Sequence record: SRR2962707_1907
Length of the DNA: 32,492 nt
Reading direction: 5' to 3' (one strand)
Positions 6,988-15,780 of the stretch are shown here, piece after piece (positions within the stretch are counted from its first letter, which is position 1; each line of letters begins with the position of its first letter). Made by a program: the position numbers and the translations under genes. The notes beneath the pieces are model-generated. The model made no database searches. It had not been told where the DNA came from and saw only the letters and a program-made list of their open reading frames with translations.

Positions 6988-8931
6988 TCATGTGCTTTGC
7001 CACTCTTCTGGAACCAGGGCGGGCGGCTTTGTCCAAGGCCCTTCGACCAACGATTTTTGAAACCAATGGTCACGAAGGTTCGCATGCTCGGTGATGATCA
7101 GTTGGAACCCGGGAACCTCATCCTGAGTGAACTTTAGCAATAACTCGAACAGACGACGCACTGCATCTAGGTCGGCGTCAGCCTCCGTCTTCTGTATTGA
7201 TCCATCGGCGTCGTTATAGACCTGCTCAGATGGAAAATAGACCTGGGTAGGCTGATCGATCAGCAGGAATCGAGGAATTGGCCGGTTATTCTTTGCGGCG
7301 AAAAGATGTAGCGCAAGCAGTGCCGATAGGTGGTAGGCCAGATGATTTTCGCCGCCGCCAGTCCGCGCCATCGGAACTGGGCGGTCTGGGCGATCGAAAA
7401 TTATAGTCAACTGTGGCAGGTTTAACCGAGCGGGGTAAGGACTGAACTCGGCGTTGAACTGTTGGACATAACGTGACAGATTTACGGAGATAGTGTTGAG
7501 AATCGAGGCTAAGCGCTCGTTGCTGTCATCCGCGCCGATCTGGTCTTCAAGCTCCTGAACCTTGTTATTAAGACGACGATTCTGTGCTTCCAACCGAGCA
7601 AGTTCTTCGTTCGGCAGAAGCGTCTCCAGAAACAGGCTGATGCGACCTACCACGCGTGCTGCCGCATTATTACGGGAGCCCATTTGAGAAATGACCTCGT
7701 TAGCCGAGATCGCCGCAGATAGCTCTGCTTCCTTCTGCTTTATGGCGCCCGCTATCTCGTCCACTTTGCTCGTCAGTTCGGAAAGGTAGGATTCGAGCTT
7801 TGGACGCTGGCCGGTAGCGATGCGCAATTCACTGTCAAGCGACTTCAACTCGCCGAGCAAGGCTGCCGCGATTGGAGACTCCATCGCTAGGTTTCGCTCA
7901 CTGAACGGCCATTGCCATTCGCCGCTTTCTGGGTTTTTTGGCAAAGCCTTGATCGACGCCAGTCGATCCAATTGTTCGGCTGCCTCATTCTCGTAGCCAC
8001 CCGCCCGCTTGGCAAACTGTCGCGCCGCGTCGATCCTGGATTGGGTGTCGCGTCTATCCTGACGCAACTGACTTAGTTCTTCTTCCAAGAACGAAATCCG
8101 GCTGCCGTCGTCGTCGGGTATCATTTCGGGCTTCCACGACAGCGCGGACCTCAGCGTCTCAATGATCCCGGTTCCATCCGTGCCCTCCCCGCCTCTAATG
8201 ACACCGACGCTTCTGGCTTCCGAATAGAGGCCAATGGCTTGCTCGTGCGATGTGTCGATAGCATTGCGCGCCTGTTCCAGCTGCTTGCTGTTAATCCTAA
8301 GATCCCGCTGGGCGGTGCGTAGACGAGATTCCAGTTCATAGCGGTCGCCAGAAGAGACGCCGAGCAGGATCGGCAGAGTGTCGCGGATTGCCTGAGGCTG
8401 GTACGGCTCGTTCTGGCGATAGAAAAGCTGATCCTTGTTGGCTATCAGGCCTTGCTTCTGGAACAGATAGTAGAACGTGTGCTTGACGTTCGCGTCGTAA
8501 CTGTCGCGGCTGTGTTCAAGCTCAACATCTGTGCGGTTCTCGGGAATACCTAGCAGACGCGACAGCAATTCCACAACGCCATCGTCATCAACGTTGGCCA
8601 CCAAATCCTTGAAAGCAGGCGTCTGCAACTGAGTACCACGTCGGAGCATCGCCATGCTGCAACTGGCTCCTGCGCTAGGTGGGCTCGGCTTAGCCACTAA
8701 AACCTGCTCTTTCTCGAACTGATAGACCACGGCGAACCATGCCACTTTGTCGCGAATTACGCCTTCGGGAACATTGAATGAGGAGCGGCCCATGCAATAC
8801 TCAATGATCTCGGAGAGTGCGGACTTGCCGGTAGACGAGTGTCCGGTGATGACATTAAGCCCTTCGACCCTAAACCGCAGATCCCGGCGTTGACCATCGT
8901 GGCTGTAGATATGGATAGAGCTAATCTTCAT
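6988..8931 (-). CDS. lmuB: Lamassu/ABC-three-component SMC-like ATPase (LmuB, DUF3732-type), 647 aa
   Basis: Walker A ITGHSSTGKS, Q-loop FQKQ, long coiled coils, signature TGGGEN, Walker B FLLIDQP, ITEH. ATG 8931 overlaps the upstream stop (ATGA). Confidence 0.85.
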   Translation of the reverse strand: MKISSIHIYSHDGQRRDLRFRVEGLNVITGHSSTGKSALSEIIEYCMGRSSFNVPEGVIRDKVAWFAVVYQFEKEQVLVAKPSPPSAGASCSMAMLRRGTQLQTPAFKDLVANVDDDGVVELLSRLLGIPENRTDVELEHSRDSYDANVKHTFYYLFQKQGLIANKDQLFYRQNEPYQPQAIRDTLPILLGVSSGDRYELESRLRTAQRDLRINSKQLEQARNAIDTSHEQAIGLYSEARSVGVIRGGEGTDGTGIIETLRSALSWKPEMIPDDDGSRISFLEEELSQLRQDRRDTQSRIDAARQFAKRAGGYENEAAEQLDRLASIKALPKNPESGEWQWPFSERNLAMESPIAAALLGELKSLDSELRIATGQRPKLESYLSELTSKVDEIAGAIKQKEAELSAAISANEVISQMGSRNNAAARVVGRISLFLETLLPNEELARLEAQNRRLNNKVQELEDQIGADDSNERLASILNTISVNLSRYVQQFNAEFSPYPARLNLPQLTIIFDRPDRPVPMARTGGGENHLAYHLSALLALHLFAAKNNRPIPRFLLIDQPTQVYFPSEQVYNDADGSIQKTEADADLDAVRRLFELLLKFTQDEVPGFQLIITEHANLRDHWFQKSLVEGPWTKPPALVPEEWQST

Positions 8932-9416
8932 GGACGAATCCCAAAAGTCGTGTAAACGGTCACCGGATCGGAAATGCGTGCGAATTCCCGCCCCAAGATC
9001 CGTGCCGCTTTCTGGCAAGAAACGGTCTCGTCAGTTCCCCGCACGGTCTTGCGCACCTTGTTGGGCACGGTCTGAATGCGACCGTCATCCCCAACTAAAA
9101 TGCACCCCCGCTCCATGAGCAAACCGAAACCCTCGAATACATAGGGCAGCATCTGCGTCACTCGGTCAGCGAACCCCAGTGTAATCTGCTGATTCTTTTC
9201 CGTGATCTTGAGGAGATAACTACGCGGACTGCCTGCAAGGATTTCTCGTGAATCCTTGTGTAGGCACAATGGCAGCACCAGCAGAGAAAGAGAGAAAGGC
9301 ATCGCGCGTGTAGCTTGTTCCTCGTAACTAGAGAGGGCACGATACAGTACCAAACCGCAGAAGGCTGGGTTGAACAGATTCCGAATCTCGACAGGGCGCA
9401 GGTTCCATTGCTTCAC
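8928..9416 (-). CDS. lmuC: ABC-three-component middle component (LmuC)
   Basis: 162 aa with LFNPAF and LVLPL-x-LH-x-x-SR motifs. Lies between effector and ATPase and is translationally coupled on both sides (GTGA, ATGA). Confidence 0.8.
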   Translation of the reverse strand: MKQWNLRPVEIRNLFNPAFCGLVLYRALSSYEEQATRAMPFSLSLLVLPLCLHKDSREILAGSPRSYLLKITEKNQQITLGFADRVTQMLPYVFEGFGLLMERGCILVGDDGRIQTVPNKVRKTVRGTDETVSCQKAARILGREFARISDPVTVYTTFGIRP

Positions 9417-10636
9417 TGGGCCACTCCAAGCACTTTGCCAAGACGATCAAGAAATCTGGGGTGCCAGTAGACCCTAGGTTCGGGCGTGGCATCGGCCAAA
9501 ATATGGAAGCTTCCGCGGAGGACATAAGGCTCAGCAACCCGGGCGCGAATGCGTAAGGATTCGAGCTTTCCTGTCTCGAACTCCGCCCAGTTATAGAGGG
9601 TTGCGCCGGCTTCACGAAGCGCGTTCTCGGCGCTATCATCTGCCAACTTTTCGAAGACGACATCCTTATAGCGATTCCACTCGTCAGCAAGACGATCTTC
9701 GTATTCCTCAACTTCTCCTGACACCAGCAGGTTCTCGCGTGCCCAAGCGGATCGCTGCTCGAACGCGCGATAGTAATCTAGTACGGCGCTTCTGATCCGG
9801 CTGGAGGAGAGGCCGATCTCGCGGAGCTGCGCCACGAACAAGCGAGGATCGTCCTCAATATCAATCTCGCCTACGGGCTGTTTTCCCCGGAAAGTGATAG
9901 GAAGGTTGTCCGCTTTATATTCCTCGGCAAAGTTGGAGAGCTTGTCCGATACCTCGTAACCGAAAATTCCTTCCGGCCGTGCGTGTGTCAACTGCTTTAT
10001 CACGGCGTCAGTCCACCAGCCTTCCAGTCGCTCGAAAACGAACTCGCGGTGCTCACGCCGGATGCTTCGCATATGCTTATCCCTGATGATCGACGGGATA
10101 TCATCAATACGTGGGCTACCGTCTAGGATCAGAATACGTTCGAGAAAATCCTGCTTCTCTGGCTCACTCAGCTCATTGAACGACACAGCGATAGTCGCGA
10201 TGAGTTGCGACTTTGAATTGGCGAGCGAGGCATTCGCTAGCTCAGTTAGTGGCGCCAAATCGCTTGATGGGGCGGGCTGGTCAGGGAGAAGACGTGCGAG
10301 AAACGAGCCTGCACTCACGGTACCCGTAGTAAACAGGAAGAACTGCAGGCTCGATGCGGAACGACCATCACGCTTGTAACGCTCCAGCCAGATGTTCACC
10401 GACTTCCAAAAGTCCGTGGCCAGATCGGTCACCCTATCGCCGACCGCCTTATGCTTGAGTGATGCGAGGGATTTTCCGCCGTCACCGTCGATGAAATCTA
10501 GGTCGTCGTCCTTTTCCAAGAAGACGGCGGTCTCCTCCGATAATTGCAATATATGGAGCAGGGCGAGACGCGCCTGGTATATGTACCCCAAGCCTTGTTC
10601 GCTGGCTGAATATTTGTCGGTTTTTTTTGTCGTCAT
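9413..10636 (-). CDS. lmuA: Lamassu effector (LmuA): Cap4-like PD-(D/E)xK nuclease fused to an ABC-3C C-terminal domain
   Basis: N-terminal A-x-x-x-x-LGY-x-YQ, E-x-x-DD, SLKHK, DFWKS-x-x-IW; C-terminal RGSFHILAD...VYWHP typical of ABC-3C C-terminal domains. Confidence 0.78.
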   Translation of the reverse strand: MTTKKTDKYSASEQGLGYIYQARLALLHILQLSEETAVFLEKDDDLDFIDGDGGKSLASLKHKAVGDRVTDLATDFWKSVNIWLERYKRDGRSASSLQFFLFTTGTVSAGSFLARLLPDQPAPSSDLAPLTELANASLANSKSQLIATIAVSFNELSEPEKQDFLERILILDGSPRIDDIPSIIRDKHMRSIRREHREFVFERLEGWWTDAVIKQLTHARPEGIFGYEVSDKLSNFAEEYKADNLPITFRGKQPVGEIDIEDDPRLFVAQLREIGLSSSRIRSAVLDYYRAFEQRSAWARENLLVSGEVEEYEDRLADEWNRYKDVVFEKLADDSAENALREAGATLYNWAEFETGKLESLRIRARVAEPYVLRGSFHILADATPEPRVYWHPRFLDRLGKVLGVAQ

Positions 10637-10753
10637 TGGTTCAACCGATACCTAATTATATTTTCAGGGTCGCAGTCTACTCAGCGTCAAGGTCGGCGAC
10701 CATCCTTATAATGGCCTTGATCCATACTTCACTGGTTGCGACTACTTCCTGCG

Positions 10754-10837
10754 GCATAACGCCGCCAGCACGTGCGGCTTTGTAATGGAGGCTCAGCCGC
10801 AGTGAAAAAGCCGTCGCTGAGCCTGCGCTTGTTAAAA
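10754..10837 (-). mobile_element. attC site of cassette 2 (84 bp, apparently intact)
   Basis: Minus strand TTTTAAC-AAGCG-CAGGCTCAGCGACGGCTTT...AAAGCCGCACGTGCTG-GCGGC-GTTATGC: imperfect hairpin with extrahelical bases; the TAA of the upstream gene lies in the inverse core. Confidence 0.8.
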
Positions 10838-11329
10838 TATGGCGCCCGCCGCCGCACCTATTACCGATACAACAGCCGGGTGCCCCAGCAATTTACGGAG
10901 CATGCCTTTAGCCTCTTCTTTCTGCGCAGCAGGAAGGTCAGCAGAGTCAATCCTCTTTACCAGCGCTTCAAAAGAATTCACGATATTTTGGGTATTGTAG
11001 TCACCGACTTGTACTGACTGCGCGCCATGAATATTGATGGTATGACCCGGCTTCTGCATCTCTGACTGCCCACCCTTACGGTATTTAATCTGGTAATGCG
11101 GCCCCATTCCGGCCACGCCTCGTTTGTAAAAGGTAGCCTCTGTCACGATGCAGCGCTCATCTTTGCCACTGGGAAGCTCACGAAGAATGACATCGCCCTC
11201 TTCTACATCTGCCTTCTCATCAAGCAGGAAAATCGTTTGACCGGGGAACGAGGCTTTGTATGGGCCGAGAATCGACCCGTCTTTCTTCTCAATCCTTGCT
11301 TCATCCTCGAACTTTTTCAGGAGCCTCAT
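10832..11329 (-). CDS. Hypothetical cassette protein with RHIM-like motif (165 aa)
   Basis: AAGGA RBS; the ORF fills the cassette; contains INIHGAQSVQVGDYNTQNI. Confidence 0.8.
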   Translation of the reverse strand: MRLLKKFEDEARIEKKDGSILGPYKASFPGQTIFLLDEKADVEEGDVILRELPSGKDERCIVTEATFYKRGVAGMGPHYQIKYRKGGQSEMQKPGHTINIHGAQSVQVGDYNTQNIVNSFEALVKRIDSADLPAAQKEEAKGMLRKLLGHPAVVSVIGAAAGAIF

Positions 11330-11338
11330 AGTTTTTCC

Positions 11339-11390
11339 TTTTAACGCCCGCCTAAGCCGCCGAAGGTCGGCCTGGAGGTGCTTTTCATGT
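11339..11390 (-). mobile_element. attC site of cassette 1 (52 bp, degenerate inverse core)
   Basis: Minus strand ACATGAA-AAGCACCTCCAGGCCGACCTTCGGCGGCTTAGGCGGGC-GTTAAAA, resembling short aadA/aadB-type attC arms. The inverse core ACATGAA differs at 2 nt from the expected ACATAAC. Confidence 0.72.
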
Positions 11391-11978
11391 AGATTTTGCG
11401 GGGCGATCCCACATGTGGCTTACAGCAGACAGCTGCCCCGGTTCTTGCAAGTCCTCAACGGAAAGCCCCTTCACAAAATATCTATCCGTAAGTTCTCGAA
11501 TAGTCTCGAGACGCTCGCCAGGGTTAATTATCTCGTATACGACCGACGTAAATAAGCGCTGCAGCTGTTCCGCTTTCTCATTCAGGCTCGAACTGCTTGG
11601 CTTGTGGTGAAGATTGTATGATGCCACAAGGAAGTCTAACCCTATATTCCTGTACCCTCGATAGGCGGGCGGCTTATCTACCCCATGCTCACCGGGATTG
11701 ATATTTGGAAAGAAAAATCTTCCCTTTTCGATGTATGCGGAGAGCTCGATCAGCAAAGACTGCCTTTCATCCTCATACCCAGAAAATTGTCTAAGTCTCA
11801 GCTCAGTAAGAATTTCGATGACCGAATGATGCCACTGCAAGAGCTGATTAATGTAATCATTGGCAATAGTGAACTTGACGTGACGCCTGTCTCTTACATA
11901 AAGGACAGCCAAAATTCCAGAAATCACCAAAGATACGCATGCTAGCAAATTCGAAAACTGATCTGACCCTATATCCAT
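11385..11978 (-). CDS. Hypothetical cassette protein with an N-terminal transmembrane helix (197 aa)
   Basis: Hydrophobic LLACVSLVISGILAVLYV followed by basic RDRRH; GAGAGGGGG RBS; AT-rich; the stop lies in the attC inverse core. Confidence 0.8.
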   Translation of the reverse strand: MDIGSDQFSNLLACVSLVISGILAVLYVRDRRHVKFTIANDYINQLLQWHHSVIEILTELRLRQFSGYEDERQSLLIELSAYIEKGRFFFPNINPGEHGVDKPPAYRGYRNIGLDFLVASYNLHHKPSSSSLNEKAEQLQRLFTSVVYEIINPGERLETIRELTDRYFVKGLSVEDLQEPGQLSAVSHMWDRPAKST

Positions 11979-12003
11979 AGCCCCCTCTCACCTTCCTTGA
12001 TCT

Positions 12004-12022
12004 ACATAACAGGAATTAGGAC
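12004..12022 (-). mobile_element. Putative attI-like simple site heading the cassette array
   Basis: Minus strand GTCCTAA-TTCCT-GTTATGT; a core site with no attC hairpin upstream; layout resembles attI1 (CCCTAAA-ACAAA-GTT). Confidence 0.5.
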
Positions 12023-12174
12023 GCCAGCTCGAATATCCAATGAACGCGCCGGCGTCATATCCCTTCTTTTGGCTCCCCATGACTTGAAATAAAACCAGAA
12101 AACTCAGCCGCTTACAAACTCCGCCGCACGCAGCATTCTGATATCTTGACCAACCATATCGTGCCCAGAACACA

Positions 12175-12210
12175 AAAAGGCCGCCGACGCTCCCGCGCCG
12201 GCGGCCTTTT
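12175..12210 (-). terminator. Rho-independent terminator of guaA (bidirectional form)
   Basis: AAAAGGCCGCCG-N12-CGGCGGCCTTTT, 31 bp after the guaA stop. Confidence 0.85.
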
Positions 12211-12241
12211 AAGTAAGCCCTTACTTTCAGGCTAGATCAGA

Positions 12242-13813
12242 TCATTCCCATTCAATCGTAGCCGGCGGCTTGGACGAGATGTCGTAGGTCACCCGGCTAA
12301 TTCCGGGAATCTCATTAATGATCCGGCTGGAGACCTTCTCCAGAAACTCATAGGGCAGGTGCGCCCAACGCGCGGTCATGAAGTCGATGGTCTCGACGGC
12401 GCGCAGGGCCACGACGTATTCGTAGCGGCGGGCGTCGCCGACGACGCCGACGGATTTGACCGGGAGGAAGACGGCGAAGGCCTGGCTGGTTTTGTGGTAG
12501 AGGCCGGCGGCTTTGAGTTCTTCGATAAAGATGTGGTCCGCCAGGCGCAGGGTATCAGCGTATTCTTTCTTTACTTCGCCGAGGATGCGCACGCCCAGGC
12601 CGGGGCCGGGGAAGGGGTGGCGGTAGACCATGTCGTAGGGCAGGCCAAGTTCCAGTCCAATCTTGCGCACTTCATCTTTGAACAGTTCGCGCAGGGGCTC
12701 GACGAGCTTGAGCTTCATGTCTTCGGGGAGGCCGCCCACGTTGTGGTGGGATTTGATCACGTGGGCGCCACCGGTTTTGGAGGCGGCGGATTCGATCACG
12801 TCCGGGTAGATGGTGCCCTGGGCCAGCCAGTTGGCGTTGGTGAGTTTGCCGGCTTCGGTGTCGAAGATGTCGATGAAGGTGTTGCCGATGATTTTGCGTT
12901 TCTTCTCCGGATCGGCTTCGCCGGCCAGGCGGGAGAGGAAGTGGTCTTCGGCGTCGACGCGGATGACGCGCACGCCCATGTGGTCGGCGAACATTTCCAT
13001 CACCTGGTCGCCTTCCTGGTGGCGCAGCAGGCCGTTGTCGACGAACACACAGGTGAGCTGGTCGCCGATCGCCTTATGGAGTAGCGCGGCGACCACGGAG
13101 GAGTCAACACCACCGGAGAGGCCGAGGATGACGTCGTCGGTGCCGACCTGTTCTTTGATGGTGGTGATGGCGTCTTCGATGATGTTGGCCGGGGTCCACA
13201 GGGCTTCACAGCCGCACAGTTCGCGGATGAAGCGTTCCAGCAGGCGGCCGCCTTGCAGGGTGTGGGTGACTTCCGGGTGGAACTGGACGCCGTAGAAGCG
13301 TTTTTCGTCATTGGCCATGCCGGCGATGGGGCAGCTGTCGGTGGTGGCGGTGACGACGAAGTCTTCCGGTACCGCGCCGACGCGGTCACCGTGGCTCATC
13401 CACACGTCGAGGTATTCCTGGCCGCCTTCTTCGTGGTCGACGATGCCGTCCAGCAGGGCGTTGCTTTCGGCTTTGGCGACGCGGGCGTAGCCGAATTCGT
13501 GTTTTTCACCGGCCACCACGGCGCCGCCCAGTTGCTCGGCCATGGTTTGCATGCCGTAGCAGATGCCCAGCACCGGCACGCCCAGTTCGAACACCGCTTG
13601 CGGCGCGCGCGGGGTTTCGGCGGCGGTGACGGATTCCGGGCCGCCGGAGAGGATGATGCCTTTGGGGTTGAATTCGGCGATGTCCTCGGCGCTGATGTCG
13701 AAGGCGCGGATTTCGCAGTAGACGCCGATTTCGCGCACGCGGCGGGCGATCAGTTGGGTGTACTGGGAGCCGAAGTCGAGGATCAGGAGGCGCTGGGCAT
13801 GGATGTCTTGCAT
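12242..13813 (-). CDS. guaA: GMP synthase (glutamine-hydrolysing)
   Basis: [46 protein letters not shown]. Confidence 0.99.
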   Translation of the reverse strand: MQDIHAQRLLILDFGSQYTQLIARRVREIGVYCEIRAFDISAEDIAEFNPKGIILSGGPESVTAAETPRAPQAVFELGVPVLGICYGMQTMAEQLGGAVVAGEKHEFGYARVAKAESNALLDGIVDHEEGGQEYLDVWMSHGDRVGAVPEDFVVTATTDSCPIAGMANDEKRFYGVQFHPEVTHTLQGGRLLERFIRELCGCEALWTPANIIEDAITTIKEQVGTDDVILGLSGGVDSSVVAALLHKAIGDQLTCVFVDNGLLRHQEGDQVMEMFADHMGVRVIRVDAEDHFLSRLAGEADPEKKRKIIGNTFIDIFDTEAGKLTNANWLAQGTIYPDVIESAASKTGGAHVIKSHHNVGGLPEDMKLKLVEPLRELFKDEVRKIGLELGLPYDMVYRHPFPGPGLGVRILGEVKKEYADTLRLADHIFIEELKAAGLYHKTSQAFAVFLPVKSVGVVGDARRYEYVVALRAVETIDFMTARWAHLPYEFLEKVSSRIINEIPGISRVTYDISSKPPATIEWE

Positions 13814-13829
13814 GGTCCGTTTCCGGTTA

Positions 13830-14016
13830 GGGCCGGCGGTTCGGGGCCGGCTTTAAATGCAAAGGCCGGCGGTTGGGCCGGCCAGTTCAAATTCGGTTGA
13901 GCGTCGTCGGGGCGCCGTGCTTGCCATCCCTGGCGCAACGCCCCCTCTCCAGAGCGCCCTGCCCGGCCGTCCATGGCCGGGCGCGAGCCGCGCTGCGAAG
14001 CAGTGCTTCGGTCGCG
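13830..14016. repeat. REP/MITE-like palindromic element in the guaB-guaA spacer
   Basis: GGCCGGCGGTT occurs twice; hairpins GCCATCCCTGGC, GCCCGGCCGTCCATGGCCGGGC and CGAAGCAGTGCTTCG. Confidence 0.45.
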
Positions 14017-14018
14017 TC

Positions 14019-15590
<1,572 letters not shown>

Positions 15591-15780
15591 TTAAATTAAG
15601 CGGGGCATTATACGGTATGGCGGTCCTTCGCGGCAATCGGGGATCGCGGTCCGTCCGCCGCGGGCGAATGCACAATAATTGACAGATTCAGGGATTGGGA
15701 AGATTCGCCTGCGGGCAGGCTCCCACATCCATGGGCCGCGACGCTTGCGGCGGCGGCGGGGGGCGCTTACATTGCGCGGC

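Noticed and set aside
8932-9018. N-terminal extension of LmuB in the ORF track (similar extensions on guaB, xseA, ispG, rodZ, pilW, rlmN, ndk)
   Set aside because: Extensions overlap upstream genes or promoters; downstream starts fit RBS, coupling and family N-termini better.
12025-12088. Possible LexA box and intI 5' remnant next to the attI-like site
   Set aside because: Two mismatches in the CTG/CAG triplets; the short plus-strand ORF (MNAPASYPFFWLPMT) shows no integrase similarity that I can recognise.
6140-12270. Prophage or integrative element with a duplicated guaA 3' end (attL/attR)
   Set aside because: I found no second copy of the guaA terminal sequence and no tyrosine or serine integrase in the window.
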